Shown here one piece after another: positions 17,753 through 27,980 of a DNA stretch of 32,000 bases. The position numbers and the translations under genes are program-made. The notes beneath the pieces are model-generated. The model was not told where the DNA came from. It searched no databases and saw nothing but the letters and a program-made list of their open reading frames with translations. The stretch is from Methanopyrus kandleri AV19 (lineage in GTDB: Archaea > JAADCQ01 > Methanopyri > Methanopyrales > Methanopyraceae): the NCBI RefSeq assembly GCF_000007185.1, contig NC_003551.1:1170001-1202000 (forward strand). Reading direction: 5' to 3'. Numbering within the stretch: position 1 is the first letter of the stretch; each line of letters begins with the position of its first letter.

Positions 17753-19015
17753 GTGACCGGATTGGAGAGGAAGATCCTGGTGATCGTAGGAGACGGAATG
17801 GCGGATCGAGCCGTGCCCGAGCTCGACGGAAAGACCCCGCTCCAGGCCGCAGACACCCCGAACATGGATCGGCTCGCGAGGGAAGGGTCGGTGGGTCTGC
17901 TCGACCCGATCCGGCCCGGAGTGCGCCCGGGTAGCGACACCGCACACCTCACCCTGCTCGGTTACGACCCGTTCGAGGTCTACCCGGGACGCGGCCCGCT
18001 GGAGGCCCTGGGTGCGGGTGTCGAGGTGAGACCGGGCGACGTGGCCTTCCGCTGCAACTTCGCGACGGCCGAGGAGCGGAACGGCGAGTTGGTCGTTGTG
18101 GACCGTAGAGCCGGTCGGATCAACGAGGACGAGGGTACTCCAAAGCTGGCCGAGACTATCAACGAAGAAGTCGATCTCCCGGTCGAGTTCGAGTTCAAGG
18201 AGGCCGTCGGTCACAGGGCCGTCCTGGTACTGCGAGGCGGCGACCTCTCCGCCGATGTCACGGACGCTGACCCTAAGCGTGTCGGCAAGCCCGTGAAGGA
18301 CGTGAAACCGACCTCGGACGACCCGGCGGCCGCCCGGACGGCGGAGATCGTCAACGAGTTCGTCCGTAAGGCGTACGAGGTGCTAAAGGATCACCCGGTC
18401 AACCGGGAGCGGGAGCGACAGGGTAAGCCGCCGGCGAACGTGATTCTCCCACGCGGAGCCGGCCAGCTCGAGGAGGTCGAGCCGTTCTCGGACCGCTACG
18501 GCATGAGCGGGGCCGTGGTCGCGGGTGCGTCCCTGATCAAGGGAATCGGCCGGATGCTGGGGATGGACGTGCCCGAGGACGAGGCGATCACGGGTCGTAA
18601 GGACACCGACCTGAAGAGGAAGGCCGAGCTCGCGCTGGAGGCCCTGGACGACCACGACCTCGTGCTCGTCAACTTCAACGCCGTGGACGAGGCTGGGCAC
18701 GACGGTGATGCCCGCGGTAAGGTCGAGATGATCGAACGGATGGACCGGGAGCTGGTGGGCACGCTCCTGGAGGGGATAGATCCGGAGGAGACGGTGGTGT
18801 GCCTGACCGCCGACCACTCGACGCCGGTGGCCGTCGGTGATCACACGGCCGATCCCGTGCCCGTGGCGATCTGGACCGCGGACGCGCGACGTGACCCCGT
18901 GGAGGAGTACGACGAGATCTCGGCGGCCCGAGGGTGCCTCGGGCGCTTCTCGGGGCTCCACCTGCTGAACGTGCTCCGGGACCTGGCCGACCGCATCGAG
19001 AAGTTCGGGGCGTAG
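17753..19015 (+). CDS. apgM: 2,3-bisphosphoglycerate-independent phosphoglycerate mutase, archaeal type
   Basis: KILVIVGDGMADRAVPELDGKTPLQAADTPNMDRLAREG...GSDTAHLTLLGYDP...HDGDARGKVEMIERMD...LTADHSTPVAVGDHTADPVPVAI. Confidence 0.93.
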   Translation: MTGLERKILVIVGDGMADRAVPELDGKTPLQAADTPNMDRLAREGSVGLLDPIRPGVRPGSDTAHLTLLGYDPFEVYPGRGPLEALGAGVEVRPGDVAFRCNFATAEERNGELVVVDRRAGRINEDEGTPKLAETINEEVDLPVEFEFKEAVGHRAVLVLRGGDLSADVTDADPKRVGKPVKDVKPTSDDPAAARTAEIVNEFVRKAYEVLKDHPVNRERERQGKPPANVILPRGAGQLEEVEPFSDRYGMSGAVVAGASLIKGIGRMLGMDVPEDEAITGRKDTDLKRKAELALEALDDHDLVLVNFNAVDEAGHDGDARGKVEMIERMDRELVGTLLEGIDPEETVVCLTADHSTPVAVGDHTADPVPVAIWTADARRDPVEEYDEISAARGCLGRFSGLHLLNVLRDLADRIEKFGA

Positions 19016-19019
19016 TCGG

Positions 19020-19562
19020 ATGTCGATCACGGAGACGCTCGTGGCCTACTTCATGGACTTCGAGCGGGCCATGGGTCTGCCAGGGATGCTCGTGATCACC
19101 GCCCTGGAGTGTAGCGTGCTCCCCGTCCCACCCGAACCGTTCGTGTTTCCGTTCGCGATGCGGATGGACCCATGGGTCCTGGCAACGCTCGTGACCCTCT
19201 CCTCGATCGTCGGTAGCTTGCTCGGGTATGCGATCGGTTACTTCGGCGGGCGACCGATCGCCGTCAGGCTGGTGGGCGAGGCCAACCTGATGAGGGTCGA
19301 GTCCAAGCTGACCGAGCACCGATTCTCCGCCTGGACCGCCGTCTTCCTGGCCGGCCTCTTGCAGTTCATCCCTTTCAAGCCGTTCACGATCGGCGCCGGC
19401 CTGGTGGAGATGGACCTGCGACTATTTATAACTGCAGTCGTGACGGGGCGTTTCTCACGGTTCTTATTCTTGGGGTACGTGGCCCAGTCCGAGACCGTCC
19501 GCAACTGGATCTCCTACTACCTGGGGCCTAAGGCCCTGAAGATGCTCATGAGTACGGGGTGA
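19020..19562 (+). CDS. YqaA/VTT (SNARE-associated/DedA-like) membrane protein
   Basis: ITALECSVLPVPPEPFVFPFA, GSLLGYAIGYFGGRP, FSAWTAVFLAGLLQFIPFKPFTIGAGLVEMDLRLFITA. Confidence 0.75.
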   Translation: MSITETLVAYFMDFERAMGLPGMLVITALECSVLPVPPEPFVFPFAMRMDPWVLATLVTLSSIVGSLLGYAIGYFGGRPIAVRLVGEANLMRVESKLTEHRFSAWTAVFLAGLLQFIPFKPFTIGAGLVEMDLRLFITAVVTGRFSRFLFLGYVAQSETVRNWISYYLGPKALKMLMSTG

Positions 19563-19568
19563 CCTGGA

Positions 19569-20054
19569 ATGGTCGACGTTCTGATCGTTCTGGGAAGTAG
19601 GAGCGATCGAGACGTCGCCGAGAAGGCCGCGAAGGTGCTCGACCGAGCCGGCGTCGACTACAACGTGCGGGTGGCCTCCGCCCACCGGACGCCGGAGCGT
19701 ATCGACGAGCTGATCGAGGAGTACGAGCCCGACGTGAAGGTGTACATCGCGATCGCGGGTCTGGCCGCTCACCTCCCGGGTGTGATCGCCGCCAAGACCC
19801 TGAAGCCCGTGATCGCCGTGCCGGTGGAGGCGAAGCTGTGTGGTCTGGACGCGCTCCTCTCGACCGTGCAGATGCCCCCGGGTGTACCGGTGGCGGTTGT
19901 CGGCGTGGATCGCGGGGAGAACGCGGCGCTCTTGGCCTTGCAGATCCTGGCACTGGAGGACGAGGACGTCCGGTCCTTCCTGGAGGAGTACCGGGAGGAG
20001 ATGAAGAAGCAGGTGGCCCGGGACGACGACACGATCAAGGAGCGTTTCCGGTGA
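19569..20054 (+). CDS. purE: N5-carboxyaminoimidazole ribonucleotide mutase / AIR carboxylase, PurE
   Basis: [71 protein letters not shown]. Confidence 0.92.
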   Translation: MVDVLIVLGSRSDRDVAEKAAKVLDRAGVDYNVRVASAHRTPERIDELIEEYEPDVKVYIAIAGLAAHLPGVIAAKTLKPVIAVPVEAKLCGLDALLSTVQMPPGVPVAVVGVDRGENAALLALQILALEDEDVRSFLEEYREEMKKQVARDDDTIKERFR

Positions 20055-20634
20055 CGCAGTCCGCCAGGGCGTTGAACGCCGCCACCGCGAGCGGTGTCCC
20101 ACCGCGGACCGAGACGTTCGTCACCACCGGGATTCCGGCGTCCATCGCGGCTCGCTTCGCCTCCATCGCACCGATCCCCACTGGAAACAGGACCGCCACC
20201 GCGATCGACTCCGGGTACTCGGCGACCTTCTCCGCGGCCGTCGGGGCGTTCCCGACGACGACCGCCACGTTCCGGTGATCCTCCAGGATCTTGCGCATAC
20301 CGTCCCCGGTCACGGTGTCCTCGGGGATCCGCTCGCCGACCTCCGAGGCGATGACGGTTTCCAACCCGAGACGCTCTACCGACCGACGGATCCCGGCCGC
20401 CACCATGCCCACGTCCGCCGCTACCACTTCGGCGGACTTCAGACCCTCCGTGACGGCTTCTTCCGAGGGCTCGATCATCAGGGTCTCCGACACGAACGGG
20501 TCCCACGTGGCGTGGGAGAGGCGGAGAGTGAGGAGGTCCTCTAAGTTCTCGGGCTCACCGAGCTTCTCGGTCCACCGCTCGAGGCTGCGCTCGGCGATCG
20601 AACGGCCCCGACCCGTCCGCTCCCCGAGGGTCAC
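20035..20634 (-). CDS. cbiC: CbiC/CobH-like precorrin-8X (cobalt-precorrin-8) methylmutase family protein
   Basis: [71 protein letters not shown] at 20634 forms a GTGA overlap with the ilvD stop. Confidence 0.8.
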
Positions 20635-22280
20635 CGCAGTACGGCCCCTTCGTCGGCCCCGCGGACGAGCTCTCGGTACCTCCTCAAGTACCCCGTGACC
20701 TCGTCCTCCGGGGGCTCCCACTCCTCCAACCTGGCCTCCAGCTCCTCGTCCTCGACGTCCACCTCGAGCCGTCGCTCCCGCACGTCGAGCCGGATCGTGT
20801 CTCCTTCCTCCACGACCGCGATCGGTCCGCCCCGGTACGCCTCCGGTGACACGTGTCCCACGCACGGACCCCGCGTACCGCCGGAGAACCGCCCGTCCGT
20901 CACGAGCGCCACGGAGTCGTCCAGTCCCATTCCGCACAGCGCCGCCGTAGGTGTGAGCATCTCACGCATTCCGGGACCGCCGGCGGGGCCTTCGTATCGG
21001 ATCACTACCACGTCACCCGGGTCGATATCGCCACCCAGTATCGCCTCCGTCGCCTCCTCCTCCGAGTCGAACACCACCGCCGGACCCTCGTGCTCATACA
21101 TCTCCTCCGAGAGCGCCGCCGTCTTGATCACCGCACCCTTCGGGGCGAGGTTCCCGTACAGGACGACGATACCACCTTCCTCGTGCACGGGATCCTCCTT
21201 CGGCCGGATCACCTCGCGATCCTTTACCTCGGTCCGTTCGACCCGTTCCCGCATCGATCGACCCGCGAAGTCGATCCTGTCCAGGTGCAGGTCGTCCGCC
21301 AGTTCCTTCATGACCGCGGGAACGCCACCCGCCTCGTACAGGTCCCGCATCGTGTAGGGACCGCCCGGACGCATCGCGCACAGATGCGGCGTCTCCCGGC
21401 TCAGCTCGTCGAAGTCGTCGAGGGAAAGCTCAACGTCGGCCTCACGCGCGATCGCGAGCAGGTGCAGCACGGTGTTCGTGCTCCCGCCCAGCGCCATGTC
21501 GACACGGATCGCGTCCAGGAAGGCCTCCCGCGTGAGTACGTCCCGCGCGGTGATCCCTTCCTCGATCGCCTCCACGATCCGCATACCCGTAAGCTTCGCG
21601 ACCCGCAGCTTCTCCGCCTCCGTCGCCGGGGTCGCCGCGCAGTTGAACTCCGACATCCCCAGCACCTCGGTCATGCACGCCATCGTGTTCGCCGTGAACA
21701 TCCCGGCGCAGGATCCCGGTCCCGGACACGCGCGCTGCTCCAGCTCCTCGAGTTCTTCCTCCGAAATCTCCCCCTCCTCGTACGCTCCCACCGCCTCGAA
21801 CGCGTCGATCAAGTCCACCCGCTCGCCGTCCACGCACCCGGGCTCCATCGGGCCTCCGGTCACGATCGCCGCGGGTAGGTCCAGCCGCGCTGCCGCCATC
21901 AGTGCCCCCGGCACCATCTTATCACACGAGACGATCGCCACGAACCCGTCGAACCGGTGCGCCTCGATTACGGTCTCGATAGTATCGGCCACGAGCTCAC
22001 GGCTCGGGAGGGAATATTTCATACCGGGCGTGTTCATCGCAATACCGTCGCACAGGGCGATCGTCTCGACCTCGAACGGCACCCCGCCGGCCATCCGGAT
22101 CCCGGCCTTGACGGCCTCCGTCACCTTGTCCAGGTGCATGTGTCCCGGAACGACCTCCGAGTACGTGTTCACCACCGCGACGAACGGTCGGTCCATCTCC
22201 TCGTCAGTGAGTCCGCACGCGCGAAGCAGCGCCCGGTGCGGCGTCCGTTCGACGCCCTCCTTGATATCACCGCTGCGCAA
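20631..22280 (-). CDS. ilvD: Dihydroxy-acid dehydratase
   Basis: [27 protein letters not shown]...[17 protein letters not shown]...[25 protein letters not shown]...[31 protein letters not shown] at 22280 gives 549 aa. Confidence 0.95.
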
Positions 22281-22335
22281 CCGGAAACCCCCCGGCCGAC
22301 CCCGGGGCGCGTAGGTTAAACGCTTATGGCTGGGG

Positions 22336-22938
22336 TTGGAGGCCTTGGACCCGTACGGCGTGCTCAAGGGCGTGATCGAGCTATTCGTGGTCGTCGATCC
22401 CATCGGGAACGTGCCGGCGCTCCTCGCGGTCACTTCGGAACTCCGACCCCGGGACCGCGTACGCGTCGTCCACAGGGCTGTCGCCTTCGCCGCCGTGCTC
22501 ATCCTCGGCTTCGCGGTCGCCGGCAAGGCCACCCTCGATTATCTCGGGATCTCCGTCGAGGCACTCATGATCGCCGGCGGTATCCTCCTGCTCCGCGCCG
22601 CCTTCGGGATGGTCGAGGGAGATCCCACGGGCTTCCGCATAGAACCGGGGTCACACATCGACGTGGCTTATGTCCCCCTCGGAACGCCCCTCCTCGCGGG
22701 TCCCGGCGCCATCGTCACCGTGATCGTCATGCTCCACCGTCACGGTCGCCTCGAGACGATACTGGCCTGCCTCATCGTCATGCTCCTCACCTTAGTGACC
22801 TTCCGAGCCGCGGAGCGTCTCGCTCGGTTCCTCGGTCGCTCCGGCATCCGAGTCCTCACGCGCGTCATGGGGGTTCTGCTCGCGGCCATCGGGGTTCAGA
22901 TGGTCCTCGACGGCGTCAGCGCCTTCGTACGGGGGTGA
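22336..22938 (+). CDS. MarC-family integral membrane protein
   Basis: [61 protein letters not shown]. Confidence 0.88.
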   Translation: MEALDPYGVLKGVIELFVVVDPIGNVPALLAVTSELRPRDRVRVVHRAVAFAAVLILGFAVAGKATLDYLGISVEALMIAGGILLLRAAFGMVEGDPTGFRIEPGSHIDVAYVPLGTPLLAGPGAIVTVIVMLHRHGRLETILACLIVMLLTLVTFRAAERLARFLGRSGIRVLTRVMGVLLAAIGVQMVLDGVSAFVRG

Positions 22939-22942
22939 CCGC

Positions 22943-24109
22943 GTGCCCGCCAACTTACCCCCCGAGTACCACGAGCTCGAGGAGAAGTACCGGAAGGCCC
23001 GCTCCCCCGAGGAGAAGCTCAGGATCACCGAGGAGATGCTCGCCGTCGTTCCCAAACACAAGGGGACCGAGAACCTCCGCGCCCTACTCAAGCGTAGACT
23101 CGCCAAGCTCCGCGAGGAGGTCGAGAAGCGCCGTCAGCAGAAGTCGGGTGGCGGACCCGATTACAACGTGAAGAAGGAGGGCGCTGCTCAAGTCGCCCTC
23201 GTCGGACCGCCCAACGCCGGTAAGTCCGCACTCCTCCGCGAGCTCACCAACGCCGATCCCGACGTAGCCTCCTATCCTTACACGACCAAGGAGCCCGTAC
23301 CCGGCATGATGGAGTACAAGGACGTTCAGATACAGCTGGTTGAGATCCCGCCGATCTACGAGGGGTTCACCCGCGGTGACGGCTCCAAGTTCGTCGGTGT
23401 CATCCGCAACGCCGACGCGCTCTGTTTGGTGGTGGATCTCACCGAAGATCCGGTCGAGCAGCTCGAGACGGTACTCCGCGAGCTCGAGTCGGCGGCCATT
23501 AAGCTCAACCAGGACCCGCCCTCCATCACCATCGAGGAACGTGTCACCGGCGGTATCGAGATACGCGGCGAGGACCGCCTCGACTGCGATCCGAACGACG
23601 TCAAGGATCTCCTCCGCGACGCCGGGATCCACAGCGCCGTCGTCGTCATCGAGGAGGACGGCATCACCCTCGAGGACATCGCGGACGCCCTCGACAAGCG
23701 TATCGAGTACAAACCCGCCCTCCTCGTCGCCAACAAGGGCGACGCGCCGGGCTCGAAGGAGTCGTACGAGCGGCTCGTGGAACGCGTCGAGGACTTGGAG
23801 TTCGACCTCCCCGTCGTCCCCGTCTCCGCCGAGAAGGGTATCAACCTGGACGAGTTCAAGCGTCGCCTCTACGACACGCTCGGTATCATCCGGGTCTACA
23901 CGAAGAAACCCGGTGGGAAGCCGCAGAAGCCGCCCATCGTCCTGCCCAAGGGTGCCACGGTCGAGGACGTCGCCCGCGAGATACACTCCGACCTCGCCAA
24001 GAACCTCAAGTACGCCCGCGTCTGGGGTAAGTCCGTCAAGAAAGACGGTATGATGGTCGGGCGCGATCACGTCCTGGAGGACGGTGACGTCGTCGAACTC
24101 CACGGGTGA
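22943..24109 (+). CDS. DRG-family (OBG-related) GTPase with C-terminal TGS domain
   Basis: VALVGPPNAGKSALLRELTNADPDVASYPYTTKEPVPGMMEYKDVQIQLVEIPPIYEG, LLVANKGD, PIVLPKGATVEDVAREIH...DVVELHG. Confidence 0.9.
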   Translation: MPANLPPEYHELEEKYRKARSPEEKLRITEEMLAVVPKHKGTENLRALLKRRLAKLREEVEKRRQQKSGGGPDYNVKKEGAAQVALVGPPNAGKSALLRELTNADPDVASYPYTTKEPVPGMMEYKDVQIQLVEIPPIYEGFTRGDGSKFVGVIRNADALCLVVDLTEDPVEQLETVLRELESAAIKLNQDPPSITIEERVTGGIEIRGEDRLDCDPNDVKDLLRDAGIHSAVVVIEEDGITLEDIADALDKRIEYKPALLVANKGDAPGSKESYERLVERVEDLEFDLPVVPVSAEKGINLDEFKRRLYDTLGIIRVYTKKPGGKPQKPPIVLPKGATVEDVAREIHSDLAKNLKYARVWGKSVKKDGMMVGRDHVLEDGDVVELHG

Positions 24110-24801
24110 GGACCTTGAGGGTCGCCGCGTGTGTGCTCGCGGCCGGACGTTCCACCCGCTTCCGCGAGGCCCTCGAGGAGCGCGGTGAGGAGCCCGTGAG
24201 TAAGCTCGTGTATCCCGTCGCCGGCAAGCCCATGGTCGCCTGGGTCGTCGAACGGGCCTCCCGCGTCGTCGACGAGCTCCTCGTCGGCCTCGGTTACGAC
24301 GCCGGATTAGTCTGGGACGTCGTCCGGCAGCACGCGACCGTACCCGCCCGCCCCGTCCTCAACGATCCCGTCGACGTTCCCATGGCCCGCACCGCCGCTA
24401 ACCTCCTCCGACGCTCCGACGCCGACGTGAGTCTGATCCTCGCCGGCGATCAGCCCACCGTCACGGCCGAGACCATGCGTCGTCTCGCCGAGACCGCCGC
24501 CGAACACGGAGCCTCCGTACTCGATCGTGGTGCCCCGAACGAGGAGGTCTCCGGCGACGACCTCCTCGGTCACGGGCCGCCGCTCGCCCTCCGGAAGGAC
24601 GTCGTCCCCGAGTTCCTGGAGACGATCGAGGAGCTCGCCGCCGACGTCCGCGGTCCCAACGCCCTCAACCTGAACCCGGTCCTGCGGGAGTGCGGTCTGG
24701 CTTTCCGAGTCGTCCCGCCCCGAGACGACGCCGAACTCCTGAACGTCAACACCCCGGACGAGCTTCCAGAGGTGGAGCGCGCGCTTCTGAGATCCGATTA
24801 G
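24106..24801 (+). CDS. MobA/MocA-like nucleotidyltransferase
   Basis: VAACVLAAGRSTRF...SKLVYPVAGKPMVAWVVERA...SLILAGDQPTVTAETMRRL...LLNVNTPDELPEVERA. ATGA overlap with the drg stop. Confidence 0.8.
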   Translation: MRTLRVAACVLAAGRSTRFREALEERGEEPVSKLVYPVAGKPMVAWVVERASRVVDELLVGLGYDAGLVWDVVRQHATVPARPVLNDPVDVPMARTAANLLRRSDADVSLILAGDQPTVTAETMRRLAETAAEHGASVLDRGAPNEEVSGDDLLGHGPPLALRKDVVPEFLETIEELAADVRGPNALNLNPVLRECGLAFRVVPPRDDAELLNVNTPDELPEVERALLRSD

Positions 24802-24998
24802 TCCTCATCTCGCTTCTCCTTCTCCTTTCGACGCTCTTCCGCTTCCAACTCCCACTCGACGCGCCGCTGCGCTCGCCTGTACTCCCCTACCGCCTCCCCT
24901 ATCGCACGTGCCAGCTCTGGAAGCTTCTTCGGGCCGAACAGGAGCAATATCACCGCCAGGATCAGCAGCAGTTCCGAGGTGCCCAGCCCGTCTATCAT
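24798..24998 (-). CDS. tatA: Sec-independent (twin-arginine) translocase TatA/E
   Basis: GLGTSELLLILAVILLLFGPKKLPELARAIGEAVGEYRRA: canonical TatA N-terminal TM, FGPKKLPELAR hinge and amphipathic helix. Confidence 0.9.
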   Translation of the reverse strand: MIDGLGTSELLLILAVILLLFGPKKLPELARAIGEAVGEYRRAQRRVEWELEAEERRKEKEKRDED

Positions 24999-25046
24999 CC
25001 TCTTTTCACTCCTTTTTCGCGGTTAGTACCCCTACCTCGTAGAGGA

Positions 25047-26337
25047 TCATGGACGGCCCGGCGCAGCATCTCGTCGGAGGGGAACTCCACGCTCGACGTG
25101 AGCGCCACGGCCACTAATGACCTCAGCACTCTCCTCCTCAGTTCCTCCACGTGGGACCTCAGTGGGAGCTCCGGAGTTCGTCCACCCCTTCTTCACCACC
25201 TTCACGATCGCGTGGGGCGCGCAGGAGTTGCACGGGTTGAAGCTCCGAGCCGCCCTGCATGCGTCGCCGAGCAGGAAGCGCTCCGACTCGGATAACTGAC
25301 GCTTCGCGGCCGCCAACTTCTCGTCCACGTAGACCCTCTCGCCCACCATGGACTCCTCTATCGGCGCGTGGTTCAGGTTCGTCGACGTGATTATCTCGTA
25401 GTTGAACACCTTACCATCCGATCCGACGGACACCCTGTGGACCAGAGTACCCCTCGGGGCCTCGATGACGCCGGTACCGGAGCACCCGGAGCGGCGCGAG
25501 GGATCCTTGTACGTGGTGCCCGTGGTGGGGAGGTCGTCGATCCAGTGTAAGGCCAGACGCGTCAGGAGCAACGCCTCCAGTATCCTCGCTATGTTCCTGT
25601 TACGGGCACACGGTTTCAAGAGTTCCCACACGTCTACGTCCAGTTTCTCACTCCACGAATCCAGGAACCACCTGACGGTTTCATCCCCGGCCTTGTAAGC
25701 TACCGCTAAACCTGGTCAACGGTCCCGCCTCACACGCGTACTTGGTACCGTTCCACTCGTAATATCCGACTTCGGAGTAGGAGTAGCACCGCTCGTCCAG
25801 GTTCGATCCCCGAGCCAGCGTTATCTTACCCACCCTCTCGGGGTAGAACGGCACCAGTCGGGCACGCTCCACGCTCCCCGGGTCCTTGGTGTCGGCTATC
25901 AGTACGCCTCCGGACGCCGCCAGGTACGAGTGGACGTAGCCTGAGGCTAGTCCAGAATAGAACGGAGTACCCGAGCTGATCATGTGAGCGGGACGATCGC
26001 CGACGTCGTCCGGTAGGTGCATGCTCAAGTACTTCCAGAGGGTCGGTATCACCGACTCGAGGAAGGACCGCATCGACTCCGGCCTGGTCCTCACGGTCGA
26101 GTAGAGGCCCGACAACTTCTCTACGTCTCCCGCGTAGCCACCCACGCACACGGTGGCGAGATGCACCGACTTACCCGTGAAGACAGCCACCAACGCCTGC
26201 GCGTCGCCGTGATACTTTACGAACTGATCGTAGAGATTGTCGACCACGCTATCGGGTAGGAAGTCCCCCGAGATCAGCAACGACCACAGTAGGTGGTCTT
26301 GAATACTGAGGCTTGAATACTGATAGGAACTGCCCAA
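25047..26337 (-). pseudogene. [NiFe]-hydrogenase large subunit remnant (N-terminus missing, internal frameshift at ~25,700-25,725)
   Basis: Frame A (26337->25681): SLSIQDHLLWSLLI...GGYAGDVEKLSGLYSTV...KYACEAGPLTR. Frame B downstream: LAVAYKAGDETVRWFLDSWSEKLDVDVWELLKPCARNRNIARILEALLL...VIEAPRGTLVHRVSVGSDGKVFNYEIITSTNLNHAP...RSFNPCNSCAPHAI. N-terminal RxCGxC region not found. Confidence 0.75.
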
Positions 26338-26386
26338 TTTTCCAGGCGGCGGTAAGGAGGACCGTGTCGTACGCGTCCTAGACGGC

Positions 26387-26970
26387 TTAAACGGAGACCA
26401 AACAGTGGGCTAAGTCCCGTCCCGCTCGATGTTCCTCCCGACGACTACACCGTTCTCCTCCAGCGGTAGGAGTTACTGGTTTCAACCCGTACGGACTCAA
26501 ACGGTTCACTCCGGCCGTCCATGCGCAGTTGCCCACTACTATCGCCGTATTAGAAATTTCCCGTGCGTGTTCCACAACTGTCTCAAATCGTGAGTTGTGG
26601 ACCTTATACTTCCTGTGATCGGCGTAACGTCTACACTGCTCAGTCGGAGAAAAATCATCTAAGGACCGATCTGTGAAACCGGGACAGTAAATCAATGAGC
26701 GCCTGAGAGTCCCGAACGCGGGATCCACGTTGGCGAGGCCTTGAGATCGATACCGATCTCGGCCAGCGTCGTGGTACAACCTCCACACGACCCTCCGAAG
26801 ACGAGGACCACGGACCTCGGGACGGATCTAATCAGCGCCCGAACGGGTTCCTCCGACACCAGGACGGACAACACGCCTGTGAACGCGAGCTTCAGGAACG
26901 TCCTCCTGTCGATAGGTGTTTCCAATAAGCCATCGAGGCTCACCGAGCACACTCGCCCCGCCCTCTTCAT
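26387..26970 (-). pseudogene. [NiFe]-hydrogenase small subunit remnant with Tat signal, frameshifted and C-terminally truncated
   Basis: ATG at 26970: DRRTFLKLAFTGVLSVLVSEEP (Tat signal) then SVVLVFGGSCGGCTTTLAEIGIDL in one frame; frame +1 carries FETVVEHAREISNTAIVVGNCAWTAGVNRLSPYGLKPVTP. The later cluster-binding Cys regions are absent before large-subunit sequence starts. Confidence 0.72.
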
Positions 26971-27431
26971 CCGGATATTTGAGGCTTTACCGTTCGGTCT
27001 TCCTCGAATGTGTGCAAATCGAGCACAGTGTGGAGATCCCAATCCCCGATCTGTATGGACGGCTCCGGTAGCTCGTGCCGCTCCTCCTCCCTCATCCTCA
27101 GTGCAACCGTCGGGTACCGTTCGATCAGTCCCACCGCCAATTCCACCGGTGGTCGCACTGCGTAGACCAGGTCAGGGCGCAGCACCCGCCGCACCCATCG
27201 CGACTTTTCGACGGCGTCCACGTTGACCGAAGGTACCTCCTCCTCCAACGCCCGTCGGACGTGTTGTACATCTATCTCCACCCCCCACGCGTCGATCCCG
27301 GCCTTCAGCAGTCCCTTGAGGTACCGCAGGTTCCTCCCGTGGCCCACTTCCACCACCCGTCGTGCACGCAGTCGGCGTACGATCGTCAGGAGGCCCTCCA
27401 TCCTCGACCTCCCAAACGTTTCGATCACCAT
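26967..27431 (-). CDS. UPF0146 family protein
   Basis: RRVVEVGHGRNLRYLKGLLKAGIDAWGVEID...DLVYAVRPPVELAVGLIERYPTVALRMREEER; small Rossmann-like domain typical of archaeal UPF0146. Confidence 0.75.
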   Translation of the reverse strand: MVIETFGRSRMEGLLTIVRRLRARRVVEVGHGRNLRYLKGLLKAGIDAWGVEIDVQHVRRALEEEVPSVNVDAVEKSRWVRRVLRPDLVYAVRPPVELAVGLIERYPTVALRMREEERHELPEPSIQIGDWDLHTVLDLHTFEEDRTVKPQISG

Positions 27432-27473
27432 AACGTTTCGTAGACGATCGGAGTCCGAGTGGCGGGCCGGAGA

Positions 27474-27980
27474 TCAGTCCCTCCAGGGCGGCTTATCGGG
27501 GTTCTTCTTGACCAGCTCTAGCAGGCCACCCTCCCTCCAGGCCTGCAGCGCGAACTCGGGAGGCTCGCGCAGCGGTACCTCCTCCGACCCCGCCCGGAGG
27601 ACCAGCTCGTCTAGGTCCACGGTGACCCGGTTACCGTCCTCCACTACCTCGGTGGGATCCTCTTCGGCTTCGACGGTGGGCAGCCCACGGTTGATCGCGT
27701 TCCGGTAGAAGATACGAGCGAAGGATCTCGCGACCACGCAGGCGACCCCGGCCTGCTGGAGGGCCATAACTGCCTGCTCACGGGAGGAACCGCAGCCGAA
27801 GTTCTTCCCGGCCACGATCACGTCGCCCTCGCGGACCTTCTCGGGGAACTCGGGATCCGCCCCCGTCATGGCGTAGCGGCCGAGCTCGTCGTAGGAGACC
27901 CTCCTCAGGCAACGCCCGGGGATGATCTGGTCGGTGTCGACGTCGTCGCCGAACACGTGCGCTCTACCGCTCCACCTCAC
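27474..27980 (-). CDS. leuD: 3-isopropylmalate/homoaconitate dehydratase small subunit
   Basis: GRAHVFGDDVDTDQIIPGRCL...GKNFGCGSSREQAVMALQQAGVACVVARSFARIFYRNAINRGLP. Substrate specificity (Leu vs Aks pathway) not decided. Confidence 0.88.
   Translation of the reverse strand: MRWSGRAHVFGDDVDTDQIIPGRCLRRVSYDELGRYAMTGADPEFPEKVREGDVIVAGKNFGCGSSREQAVMALQQAGVACVVARSFARIFYRNAINRGLPTVEAEEDPTEVVEDGNRVTVDLDELVLRAGSEEVPLREPPEFALQAWREGGLLELVKKNPDKPPWRD

Noticed and set aside
17519-18214. 231-aa minus-strand ORF
   Set aside because: Antisense to the apgM start; no recognisable domain.
20853-22319. Large + strand ORFs 20853..21878 and 21472..22314
   Set aside because: Antisense to the confidently identified ilvD.
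22326-24103. ORFs 22326..23171 (+) and 23084..24103 (-)
   Set aside because: Out-of-frame or antisense shadows of marC and the DRG GTPase gene.
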